The notes under the pieces were generated by a model, which saw only the letters and a program-made list of their open reading frames with translations, was not told the origin of the DNA and made no database searches. This document shows, piece by piece, positions 1-12,290 of a stretch of DNA of 64,000 nucleotides (the first letter of the stretch is position 1; each line of letters starts with the position of its first letter). Origin of the DNA: Octopus vulgaris (lineage: Eukaryota); contig OX597814.1 of NCBI GenBank assembly GCA_951406725.2, forward strand, positions 95,232,001 through 95,296,000, read 5' to 3'. The translations under genes were made by a program, and so were the position numbers.

Positions 1-512
1 AATAGGTCTGGAAGAAATAATAATAGTAATTCTTACTAATTTTGGCACAAGGCCAGCAGTTTTGAGGAGAGCGGGTATGTCGATTACCCTAACCCTTGCC
101 CCCTGCTCCAGCATTTGGAGTGGTACTTTACTTTATCAACCCTGATAGGATGAAAGGTAAAAGCGGCCTCAGTGAGATTTAAACTCAGAACATAAGCAGT
201 TGAAAGATATGGTGCTTAGCATTTTGTTTTAACATACTAACAATTCTGCTAGCTCACAACAACAACAACAATAATAATAATCCTTTCTACTACAGGCACA
301 AGGCCTGAAATTTGGTGGGAGGGGGACTAGTCGACTACATCGACCTCAGTGTTTCACTGGTACTTATTTTATTGACCCTGAAAGGATGAAAGGCAAAGTC
401 AAACTCAGCAGAATTTGAACCCAAAACAAAGCAGCAGATGAAATACTGCTAAGCACTTTGCCCAGAGTGCTAACGATTCTGCCAGCTCACTACCTTAATA
501 ATAATAATAATA

Positions 513-543
<31 letters not shown>

Positions 544-775
544 CGATGACGATGACGATGATGATGATGATGATGATGATGCAGTACCAGGCAGTGGTTC
601 TTTGTGGATTCTGATCTTAAACTGATTGGAAGTGTTATCATGTACATTGTTTTGACATGGTATAAAAGATGGGCTACAGCAAATATTCTGCTTGATACCA
701 CAGATTTGCTTGTCAGTTGTTTGATCTTAACCAGTTGAGCATGTCCCTTAGTGGCTGACGATATGTGCATCTCTG

Positions 776-1387
776 ATTATATAATTAGGGCTTAGTAAAA
801 TAAATTACTTTGCCACATACTGAACTTTCTAGAAATAGCAGCCAAAAAAGTTTTTTAGCCATTTCCACTACTTAAAATATAATGTTTGCTAGATAACCCA
901 CGTGGGTGGAAGGGGAGAGTAGGAAATCTTCGCTTGCACATTTTGAATTTGTTGGTACTGGCAGTCTGAACGGGTCATCTGAGGTGATAAGTCGCCAAAG
1001 GGTATGTTCTTTCTTTTTAGTGCTTCCAAATCCAAAATAAGAAATGTTGAGCTGACGAAAGAAATGCTGAGTTTATTTGGCTAATCTAGAAACGTTAACG
1101 TTCTCAAATAATCTTTGTACTTGTGATATTTTTCTGTTTTTACCTCCATACCTTCGTGAGTTATTTTGAGTAAACATTATCTGAGAGAAATTTTCTTTAA
1201 GTAGTGGAAATGGCTAAAAAACTTTTTTGGCTGCTATTTCTAGAAAGTTCAGTATGTGGCAAAGTAATTTATTTTACTAAGCCCTAATTATATAATGTAA
1301 TATTTTGAATTCGCCTTAAATGGTCCTTTTACATACTGAATACTTGGTGAAATTGATTAATAACTAATTAATTTTACCCTCAATTGT

Positions 1388-1390
<3 letters not shown>
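776..1390 (+). mobile_element. Penelope-like pseudo-LTR fragment with a 5' inverted partial copy
   Basis: 776-876 is the exact reverse complement of 1196-1296 (101 bp). The spacer contains the hammerhead motif, and the sequence runs on to a (TA)n tract at ~1390. An inverted partial pLTR plus a hammerhead is typical of Penelope-like elements. Confidence 0.6.
1047..1107 (+). ncRNA. Type I hammerhead ribozyme-like motif (Penelope-type), weak stem II
   Basis: ttgag-CTGACGA-[aaga...tcta]-GAAA-cgttaacg-TT-ctcaa. Stem I is 5 bp and stem III is palindromic (ACGTTAACGT). Stem II is imperfect, with an A/A closing pair. Confidence 0.65.
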
Positions 1391-1425
<35 letters not shown>

Positions 1426-1943
1426 CAAATTATTAACAAGACCACTCAAAGAGCACAAACCTCCCCAAAGCAACACCAATGTCCTCTCAACGAATAGCCA
1501 GAGATGATTTTTAAAATGAAAATATCTGAAATGAACATGAATGCTCTCACAAATGAGTATACTAAAAATGAACCCGACTGCTCTCAAATGGAAGAATAAT
1601 CCAAATACATACATATTGAGTGAGAGGTGAAGAGAGAGGAGATGAAATATTAATACAGTGATGGAGAAGTAGTGAGAGTAATAGCCATGGCTGAAAGGAG
1701 GTGAGAGAAAGTAATGGCAATGAGAAAGATGAAATGAAGTGGCAAAGAGAGTGTTGTGTGAACAAGAAAGGAAGGGGTGATAGATGAATAACAAAGGAAG
1801 GAATGAAAAAGTCAATAAATGGCATTTGAAGTGTGAATATATGTGTGTGTAAAAGAGAGGTATATTTGCATGCATGCATGTGCGTGCACACGTGTGTGTG
1901 TGTATGTGTGTATATGTGCGTGTACAATGGAAATGAGATGGTA

Positions 1944-2235
1944 ATGTTCAACGCTGAAAATGTGTGAGTATATGTATGTATGTGTGTGCATGTACAAAAG
2001 AACTCTGTGAAACTTTACATGCATATGTAAAATTAAAAAATTGGAAAAATAATCCAGAATCGTTGTCCGGTACCAGATCAATCCCAAAATCTAATGAGGC
2101 CATGCCAGTCACAAGGCCAAACATCCCTGAAAGTTTCATACAAATCCATCCTGCAGATCTTGAGATAAATTGTCCATGGACAAACAAACACAACTCAAAA
2201 CAATACCTCTGCCTTTGCTAAGGTGGAGGTAATAA
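1944..2235 (+). mobile_element. Helentron-associated (HINE/DINE-1-like) non-autonomous element
   Basis: Internal GTAT/GTGT microsatellite and a 3' hairpin tacctctgcctt-tgct-aaggtggaggta. Confidence 0.4.
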
Positions 2236-2289
2236 CTAAATAAAATGAATGTAAATATTGTTAGTATAATAGTATATGATATTTATTAT

Positions 2290-2600
2290 TACCATGATCA
2301 CTGTGGCCGACCAGGCTATCAGATGTTGCTACACATCGCTGGTCACAATGTGCTTCACCTTGTTTTAGTCTTCAAATGACGCCACCCCACTGGCTAAGCA
2401 AGCAGGCCAACAGAAGAAAGAGTGAGAGAAAGTTGCAGCAAAAGAGTACAGCAGGGATCGCCACCACCCCTTGCCGGAGCCTCGGGGAGCTTTAGGTGTT
2501 CTCGCTCAATAAACACTCACAACGCCCAGTCTGGGAATCAAAACCACGATCCTATGACTGCAAGTCCGCTGCCCTAACCACTGGGCCATTGCGCCTCCAC
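2290..2600 (-). mobile_element. tRNA-headed SINE (family A)
   Basis: Minus head GTGGAGGCGCAATGGCCCAGTGGTTAGG (box A) with a box B-like GGTTTTGATTCCC. Same family at ~19820-20124, ~33545-33905 and 57001-57382. Confidence 0.85.
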
Positions 2601-4275
2601 AATATTTATTATATTTATATATAATTAAAAATATAATTTTTTAAACTATGGAAATATGGTTGATTTAGTAAAATTCATATTTTGTGTATTTATAATGTAT
2701 TTGTAATATGGTTATATTATTTAACTTCAGAGTTGTGAAGGTGCATGTCTTAGTGGTTAGAGTATTTGGTTCACAATTGTAAAGTCACGAGCTTGATTCC
2801 TGGCAGCACACTGTGTCCTCAAGCAAAACACTTTATTTCACAATCATTCAGCCCACTCAGCTGGTAAAAATGAATTGTATCTATAATTCAAGGGCCAACC
2901 ATGTCACTTTTTGTGTCATACTGAATCTCCTTGAGAACTTACATTAAGAGTTGTGCATGTCTGTGGAGTGCTCAGCCACTTGTACGTCAACTTCATGAGC
3001 AGGTTGTTTCATTGATCAAATTAACTGGAACACTCATTGTTGTAATTGATGGAATGCCTGTTTATAAGTATGGTGAGGTCTCAATAATTTAAATAAATAT
3101 GATTATTAAATAATAAAAATTCGAGCTAGGTCATTGCCAGTACCGCCTGACTGGCCCCCATGCAGGTGGCATGAAAAATCACCCACTACACTCTCGGAGT
3201 GGTTGGCGTTAGGAAGGGCATCCAGCTGTAGAAACTCTGCCAGATCAAGACTGGAGCCTGGTGCAGCCATCTGGTTGCCAGCCCTCAGTCAAAACTGTCC
3301 GACCCATGCTAGCATGGAAAACGGACGTTAGATGATGATGATGATGATGATGAATGGAGAAAATACAGGGAAAAGAAAAAGAAATTTATGGAGTTTTCCC
3401 AGGTATAGGAAATTACTAACTCAACTGCATATGGGGAATGAACCAGTAATCTTAGTACCAAAACTGTTAAGTCAACCACTCCCAACTTACAAGAAGCCAG
3501 GAAACAAGTAACCTATTGTGCAATGCTTATCAGATATTTGGTACAAAGTCTCCAAATAAAAGTTGTAAATATATTCCAAAGACTGCTCCTGTATCCATTG
3601 TATTGCAACCACCACATGACAACAACAACTTTTGTTTTTAGTTTCAGAGTCAGTTCTAAATGTTTCCTTTAAAAAATTCAGACTAGATCATAAAAGTTCA
3701 GATTAGTTTTTGTTTTTTGTTTTCTTTTTGTAAGAGAAGTAACAGAAGTAACAATGATCCCACAGGGTGCTTATAAATTAGTATGTAGCAGCACAAAGGT
3801 TGGCAATGCAGGCAAACAACAGATGTTCAGAGGTTTTTCGTGGCTTGTTTGAGATCAGTGATAAGACAGTCATATTGGGTGACCAAAATAACTTTTAAAT
3901 TTCTTAACAACATATTAAGTAACTAAGTAACTTTTTATGGAGAACACTAAAAGAGTGGAGAGGGATATAGTGAAAATAGCAAATATAACATTATTTTTTG
4001 GTTCCTTACATGAATATGTTGTATGTCATTACTTAACCATTTCTACTATCTGACATCACTGTTTCAATTTTTCAATTAGGCCTATTTCACTTCTTGCTAT
4101 AGTTAAAAGTACAAACATCATAACTTCTACTTTTCCAGTTCATAAAAGCAGACAACAAAACTCAGGTTTCCTACTGATATAAAAAAGAATCCTTTTTCTC
4201 ATTTCTTAAGCATCTTCATCCATCCCACTTCCTACTATAGGAGCTTGAGCAGCTTCCTTTCACTGTTCTTTATAT

Positions 4276-5243
4276 CAGTGGTTCTCAACTGGACTCCATG
4301 TTGTGGCAGACACCCCCAAGTGAGAAGTGGGCTGTTCCACTACTGATAAAGAGTGGACAGACACAGAAAGCAGGGTCAGTCAGCGAGGTACACTGTTTGG
4401 ACCAGTCACACAGATGACAAAATAAGTCATCATAATGCGGAACATATCAGTAGCGACAAGGAGTCGAAGTACACGCAGTGACAGATAAGATACAACACAG
4501 ATGGACCATGTAAGAAGACACAACAACTACACACAGTGAAAGTTTGAAGAAGGATTTGAACTATACACAGTGAAAACTGCACACAGTAAAAAATTTGAAG
4601 AAGGCATAGTCAGGTCACTATGCATTAGTAGTGCTACTGGTAAACAACGTAGATTGGTACTACCTGTGGCATTCTGAAGAGAAAAATAATTCTGTGTGGA
4701 AGAAAAAAAAGTAATAAGTCCATGTGAAGGATTCAAGTCAGGTCATTATGTGTTAGTAGCACTACTGGTAAACAATGTAGACTGGTACTACCTGTGGCAT
4801 TCTGAAGTGATGTTGTGTGAAAGAAGAAGAAAAAATCTCAAAGGGGGAGGTGTTGTGGCAAACACCTCCAAGTAGTGAGAAGTGAGCTGTTCCACTACTG
4901 ATAAATAGTGGACAGACACAGCAAGCAGGGTCAGTCAGCAAGGTACACTGTTCGGGCCAGTCACACAGACGACGAAATACGTCGTCATAATGCAGGACAT
5001 ATCACACCATATAACCCTTGGGGATCCATATAAGATAATTTTGTTAAAATTTATGAGCAAGAAATAGTTACTTCTGAAATACAACAATATTTAGACAATT
5101 ATTTTTAGTACAATTCCGAATAATATTTGATTAGAAAAAATACAATAAAATTTTTTCAAACATAGAACAGATATAAAGGTCCATCCAAGTAAAATAGGAA
5201 TCAAAGGGGTCCATAGGTAAAAAAACACAACTGAGAACCACTA
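4276..5243. mobile_element. hAT-type MITE (hosts the TRIM insertion)
   Basis: TIRs cagtggttctcaa / ctgagaaccacta. 8-bp TSD-like flanks ctttatat / ccctatat. A related copy starts at ~63864. Confidence 0.7.
4299..5004 (+). mobile_element. TRIM (miniature non-coding LTR retrotransposon)
   Basis: Two TG...CA direct repeats (4299-4449 and 4851-5004). Polypurine tract aaagggggagg immediately before the 3' LTR, PBS-like gtagcgacaagg after the 5' LTR, and near-TSD ctcca/cacca. Confidence 0.85.
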
Positions 5244-6115
5244 CCCTATATCATCCACACCTGTCTAGCAATACATCTGTTCAGACTGATGAAGAAAGGT
5301 ACTGAGCCTTTACATTCAACAACCACAGTATACATAGAATAAAATTTGGACCCTAGATTTTTAAGGCTCCCAAGCAAATACCCAGTGTATCCACACCTTA
5401 AGACGGTTGTGCATTTACTACAAACCAGATTTACTGTTGTTTAACCCAGATTAGGGCTGATTGAGAAAATTTATCATCAAAGGTGTTCCAGCTTTGACCA
5501 TCCTGTCTTTTTATATATCTATGGCTACATTATCCAATGTGTTCTACTTTTAAAAAAGAAAACAATAGGTTATGATCCGAGAGAGATTTAGCTGCTATTT
5601 ATTATAGAGAGATCACATAGAGGCATCCCTCATTGGCTCACCACACCAAATTTAATTGTTACAGTCTGTTATTAATTTCATTTACTCTATTATTGCTTTT
5701 ACCGTTTTGATATCATCCTACCTCAAACCACCCTTAGTTCTATGATACAAATTTGTTTTTAAAGTTATTTAAATTAAAACCTTCCATCAAAATTCTGTGC
5801 ATTAATTTATTTTCCGAGCACCAAATTAATAATGACAAGGTTATTTTACTAAGTTCTTCGTGGTTTCCAAAATTAGTTGAAACACAGCTGTTGAGAAAGA
5901 GACATATTAAGACAAATGTTGAAACTACCATTTACACATACAACTACCATTTGTAGTTCACGTATTATCAAACAGCACATAAACAAGTGCCAAGAAGGAA
6001 ACCTCTACATGATCACTCAGTCTGCTAGGAATATCAGTCAAATCTCCCTAAAATCACACTTTACTAACTTTAAAAGAAAAAGAGAGAAGAGTACTTTTAA
6101 GTACACCACCACCAC

Positions 6116-6157
<42 letters not shown>

Positions 6158-6471
6158 TTTAATGGCAACAGTGGCATCATCATCATTATCAGCAGCAATG
6201 TTTTCATAGTGGCAGCATCATTGTCATCATCATCATCAAATACTATCTTGTTCTTCCATGCTTCTATGAGCTAAAACCATATGTTTCTATCGCATAGCAG
6301 GGGTACACCATAAGCACTGAAACAGATTGTGCTGGATAATGTAATAGAGTAATACTTGAGTCACTGAAGAAGCCTGTGTGGTCGCTCAGCTTTTAAGAAA
6401 TAGCAGTTAAAAACTCCTTCAAATCATACCATCTTAATAAAAATAAAGGACATGACAAATAATGCAGTCTA

Positions 6472-6517
<46 letters not shown>

Positions 6518-7789
6518 GGTGAGATGGTCACAATTAGAGTGTCTTTAAATCACAGAACAGCTCAATTAAGGATTAAACAACAACAACAACAACAGTAATA
6601 GCAGCAACAAAAAGATGGAGATGACAAAAGAAGATGCATCAGTAATGATGACAGCAACAGCAACTATGAGTAAACCTCACAACCCATTTTTTGTAAATTA
6701 AATGTCAGAGGTTTACTTCACACCTGCTGATAATTACAGTTACATCAATTTGACGCCACATGAAGTTTGTACATATAGATTTCAAATCAATTTCTCTCGC
6801 CCCCCTCATTCACTCACACACACACACACACAGAACTTTTCTTCCCCCCAAATTGCAGCAGTTTCTTTATTTCCATCCCATGATGTATTGCGTACACTGA
6901 TCTGTTCTTGAGCAATTCCTGTAGCATATCAGAATTTTTGCAAGAAATGGTTGCTAGTTCCTCCATGCTTATGGGGACAGCAAAGCACCCTTTTTTCCTT
7001 TTCACCAGACTGGGATGCTCTGCTCCCCTATAACCCTTCCCATAGTTCAATGTAGTCAATTCAGAGACAGACAGACAGAGATGAATTTACTTTGCTGTTG
7101 ATTGGTATTTTGTCAATTCCAGAAGGAAGAAGGGCAAAGTTCTTAACTCAGGGCCCAGTGAAACAGGAAAAATAATATTGCAATTGGTCTGTGAATAGCT
7201 TAGTGGTTAGGATGTTGGACTCAATCGTAAGATTGTGGTTTCAATTCTTGAACCAGACAATGTGTTGTGTTCTTGAGCAACACACTTCACATCATGTTGC
7301 TCCAGTCCACTCAGCTGTAGAAATAAGTACCACTAGTGGAGGCATACCACTTAGTGGTTTGGTTATCGGATTCACAATCATAAGATTGTGGTTTTGATCC
7401 TTGAACCAGGCAATCCACTGCAGCCCGGTTTGGAACCCAGCAATAATAAATAATAATTGTTTCACTCAATTTTGAAAATAAAATAATGGAGAATTTAGTA
7501 AAATAACTTTTGTCATTAAGCTGGTGTTTGGAACGAAAATTAAAATGGAATTCTAATAGGTCTTCACTTTGAAACAAGAAGCTTGTATCATAGAACAAGG
7601 AATTGTCCCAGGTGGGTTAGTATCAAAATAATTGTTATTGTTGCCTATATTATTGTTTAGCCCCAGGTCTGTCTTGATCAAGCACACTTATAATCAAATG
7701 CAGTGTGGGTATGACTACATCATTACCTAACATGTTTTTTTTAAAGACAGCATTTTTATCATTCAGGGTGAATTTTGACTACTATTTCT

Positions 7790-8020
7790 TATTTCTTTAC
7801 TGCCCACAAGGGGCTACACAGAGGGGACAAACAAGGACAGACAAATGGATTAAGTCGATTATATCGATCCCAGTGCGTAACTGGTACATATTTAATCAAC
7901 CCCGAAAGGATGAAAGGCAAGGTCGACCTGGGCGGAATTTGAACTCAGAACGTAGTGACAGATGAAATACTGTTAAGCATTTTGCCTGGTGTGCTAACGT
8001 TTCTGCTAGCTCGCCGCCTT
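7790..8020 (-). mobile_element. tRNA-headed SINE with Nin/Deu-like central domain (family B)
   Basis: Minus head GGCGGCGAGCTAGCAGAAACG...GAGTTCAAATTCC and core TTGCCTTTCATCCTTTCGGGGT(C/T)GAT. Many copies, e.g. ~280-495, ~30700-31240, 52941-53170, ~56715-56940, ~61853-62075. Confidence 0.85.
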
Positions 8021-8300
8021 ATTTGACTACTATTTCTAGTAACTCAAGCAGTCATGTAGAAACTCCTTTGTTGGCTCAGCAGTGAAGCCATGTTTATAAA
8101 CAGTGTAGAAAATGCAAAATAAACACACACACATAGGGTAGAACAGTGTATATATATAATAATCCTTGTATCTTGTACATATGCTTTCCCTGCCACTGTA
8201 GGAAATTAGTAATAGCATTATGTCTGTATGTAACTGATGAAAGATTCACAGCTGTACACTATTTGCAAGACCCACCACAGAATGCATGTATGAGTGCACA

Positions 8301-8313
8301 TGTATACATACAT

Positions 8314-8362
<49 letters not shown>

Positions 8363-8596
8363 TATATATATAAACACACACATATATATATATGCATATA
8401 TACATACACATATATATATATATATACACACATATACATATATACACACACATATATATGTATATGCATATATACATATATATATACACACATATACATA
8501 CACACACATATGTATATATATATATATATATACATATATTTACATATATGGCAGTGCCCCAGCATGGCCACAGCTCGTGAGATGAAACTAGAATCA

Positions 8597-8662
<66 letters not shown>

Positions 8663-8700
8663 TATATATATACATATATATATATACACACACACACATA
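8301..8700. repeat. Compound (TA)n/(CA)n microsatellite
   Basis: Directly visible. Source of the YI/HT ORFs. Confidence 0.95.
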
Positions 8701-9328
8701 GAGAGACAGTGTGAAAGAAGAAGAGATAGAGAGAAAAAAGAGAGAAGTAGAGGAAAAGGAATGAAAAAAGAGAGAGAGGAAAAGAAATGCTGAGGAAATA
8801 CATCAAGAAATTTACAAGTTGATTAACCTCCCTCCCTCCCACCCTACCTACCTACCTTCCCGGTTACCCGAGTTGTCAAACATGTGTATAAGAAGAACTA
8901 TTAAATAATCATTATCAGAACCAATTACATAAATGAGACTGGGGGGAAAAGATGATCTAAGTATGGATTACATTGATAAGAAGGCTGGATTGACAGAACT
9001 ATTAAAGCAGTGGACAAAATGCCAGCTCCAAAATGCCCCTCAAAAATCCCACAAAATCAAACTTAGTTTGATTTTGTGGGGTTTTTGAGGGGTGGGGGTA
9101 TGAAATAAAGTAACAGTCAAGTTACTGAGGGTAAATAAAATTGATTTACTTCCCCTCTGGCCTTGCACTGATGTTAAGGAACAGTTATTAAACTCATGGT
9201 TGTATGGTTAAGAAGTTTGTTTTGTAACCACGTAGTTTTGGGTTCAGTCCCACTGTATGGCACTTTGGGCGAGTATCATCAAGTGTAGACAGACAGATGG
9301 ACAGATGGATGGATGGACAGACAGATAG

Positions 9329-9329
<1 letters not shown>

Positions 9330-9390
<61 letters not shown>

Positions 9391-9556
9391 AGGAGGAGGA
9401 AGAAGAAAAGAAGGAGGAGGAGAAAGATAAGGAGGAGGAGGAAGAGGAGGAGGAGAAAGAGAAGAAGGAGGAGAAGGAGGAGGAGGAGGAGGAGAAGGAG
9501 GAGGAGGAGGAGGAGAAGGAGGAGGAGGAGGAGGAGGAGGAGGAGGAGGAGGAGAA
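9330..9556. repeat. (GT)n followed by a (GAG/GAA)n purine tract
   Basis: Directly visible. Source of the poly-E/R/S/L ORFs. Confidence 0.95.
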
Positions 9557-10011
9557 GATCATGATACATTCATACATACAAACATACACATATACGTACA
9601 TACACAGGTAAATACTCCCCCTGCCATTAACCCTTAACCCGTTGTATAAGTAAGGTATTTTTTATTCCACTTGTATCCGAAAACACAGAACTAGATGACA
9701 GTGAATGTCAACTTGCTGTTTTCAGCTCAACACTTTCACAGTGAAATCACAGAATGCAAATATTCATACACACACACATCATATAGTAGAGGAAATTAGT
9801 ATATATGTCTATCTTGTTATCCTCATCTCTCTTTTTGCATGTAACTGTTACCTGTTCTACACTGCATCTACAATGCTGAATCCCTACATTTTATTATGCT
9901 ACTCCATCTTCCTGTTCCTCGTTGAAGATTCTGTATTTCCAGTCATTCTTTTTCCTTTCTCTCTGGTTCTCTCTATTACTATATCTCTTATCTCTTTCTC
10001 ATTACTTTACT

Positions 10012-10078
<67 letters not shown>

Positions 10079-10259
10079 AGGCACTTTTCTTTTGTTTCAT
10101 TTTTTTTTCTTTCTTCAAGTACCAGCTTTAGCAGATTTGATTAACAAATTTTGCCGATGCAAGTGCAGATTGTGGCCACAACAAAAGGTAATTTTTTTCA
10201 CAAGAAAATGGCTTACAAATGATGTTTCTATCAACGATGCCAGAGAAAAACTTAATTTG

Positions 10260-12290
10260 CTATGTGCACACATTCTAATCTGATCTATAAATATGATTCA
10301 CTTCAGTTAAATTGACTCCATCATATCCTGTAGAACTTCCAGAGCTACTCAGGGAGAAACAGCTTTTCAGCATCATTAAATCCCAAGTAGTTCAGAGACA
10401 TTGTGGAGCCCTCAACAAGAAATTACATTCCATGGAAAATAACAAATGCACCAAGCAGTTTCCAAGACCATTTGTCAAGGAGATCCAAATAGGTGAAAAT
10501 TACTATCCTTCTTACAGAAGAACACCAGATGATGGAAACTGTCAGGCATAGGTTGGACAACATGAAATTGGCAACAGATGAATAGTTTTCTATGGGCCAT
10601 TCTTGACCACACAACAATTTTGCGTCTGGCAATTCAATAAACTCCATAAAGTATATTTGCATATAAAGGGATCTAATACAGCAATGTTTGTTCTGGTGCA
10701 GTAAGACTGTTGCAATAAAGTTACTTAATACCAACACAGTCAAACAAGGACAATACATCAAAAACAATAAGGCTTTCTGGTGCAAGTTATTGAATGATAC
10801 CTACATCATTCAACTACTTGCTATCCATTCCAAAAAGGACAATGAACCTCCTTCACTTAATCCTTCAACATTCAAATTTATTCTGTCAAATGTAATGCTT
10901 ATTTATTCCCATTGTTTTGAACTGATCATACATTATCTTGTAGCTTTGAGATTTCAATGATGTGATTGTTTATTTTTAGATAGGTGTGAGAGACTAGATC
11001 AGGCTGGTTTGAACACAAAACAGGTAAAATATTTGCGCTGGATATGGCCAGTTTAAATATTGTACAGTAAGCATAAAATCTAAAAGATACCATGCTTACA
11101 CCCTTCTTGAAACTACCAATAGGAATCTTTTGCAAAAACCTTGTCTTACCATCAGGTTCTGTCTCACTATACATGGAACACCAAATCATGGAGATGAAGA
11201 ATGCAAAGTGCTTGTGTTGAAAGCCAACCTGACATAAGTTTTGACAGTATACTTTGAAAGATAGTATACTTACATACCAATTAACATGAATACGTCTTCC
11301 TATGACTTCTCCATAAAGTGAGAGGCTCAAGTATATTTCAGTATCCTCAAATAATGAATGGCAAAATTTGAACCATGCCTTACACTTGGTTTGTTGTAGG
11401 AGAATTATGCTGGAGAATGTAGTGTGCAGCACTTTCAGAAGGTTCTGTATCACAAATAGCCTGTCTTAAGCTTCTTTTCACTTTGCTGTTAAAATGCTGT
11501 GAACTATCTCATCTGGTTCAGCTTTGGCTTAAGAACTGTGAATATCTTGCTGAAGATTTCAAGCATTAAACTTAACAGATGTACCCCAATGTGGAAATGA
11601 ATAAAATAATTAACAATCCAGTATTCATTAAAAAGCTCAAGGATGTAAATGGCCAAGAACTTCAAAAGTATGGCCCTACTCAACCTAACTTCTTTGAATT
11701 TAAAAACCTTAACAACAGATAATTTGAAAGAAGCATCAAATGATATTGGTTTCAAATTTTGGCACAAGGCCAACAGTTTTGGGAGTACGGGCCAAGTTGA
11801 TTAAATCAACCCCAGTGCTCAACTGGTACTTATTTTATCAACCCTAAAAAGATGAAAAGGTAAAGTCAACCTCAGTGGAATTTGAACTCAGAATGTAAAG
11901 ATGGACAAAATGCAGCGAAGCATTTTGCCTAGCATGCTAACAACTCTACCAGCTTGCCACCTTGAAGTATTATATAATGCTCATAGATTAATAGCATATA
12001 TAAATGACATTGAACCCATATTCACTGTAGACAAGAAGGCAATCTATTCTACCATTTTTTACAAGGTTTAGCTAGAATTTGCTTCCTTGATGTTCATGGT
12101 ATAAATGGGAAGGCATTCCTAATCAGTCAATTGCCTGCCAAAATCCATCAACACATAAAAATAGATATTGCAGATTTGTTCTCAAGTATCACTGCTACAC
12201 TCTTTCCTGAAAGCTATACGGCATATTCTGTTTCCAAGCTCTTCTTGGATAGAGTACATATGATGCAATATGCAGTACTAAACATGCAAG
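10260..12290 (+). mobile_element. Decayed Helitron Rep/Pif1-helicase coding remnant, interrupted by a SINE at ~11745-11965
   Basis: Frameshifted plus-strand peptides: AHILI (HUH region); ELPE...HCGALN...KCTKQFPRPFVKEIQIGENYYPSYRR; KTLSYHQVLSHYTWN; LKLLFTLLLKCCELSHLVQLW...LAEDF; FLDVHGINGKAFLI...SSITATLFPESYTAYSVSKL. These correspond to Helitron HGPCG..KCTKxYP..GYPxYRRR and FLDAPGGTGKTFL..SSGIAATLL..GRTAHS.FKL. Confidence 0.85.

Noticed and set aside
2540-2600. tRNA-like A/B-box sequences (many places)
   Set aside because: These are SINE heads, continuous with SINE bodies, not tRNA genes.
5286-5330. CTGATGA motifs at 5286 and 60567 (also CTGAAGA at ~4673, ~6364, ~53508)
   Set aside because: No correctly placed GAAA or supporting stems.
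8218-9611. YI/HT/CV and poly-E/R/S/L ORFs (also ~18750-19230, ~25000-26460, ~36310-36610)
   Set aside because: Translations of microsatellites with no coding signal.
10926-11453. 175-aa minus-strand ORF
   Set aside because: Antisense to the decayed Helitron, with no recognisable protein.
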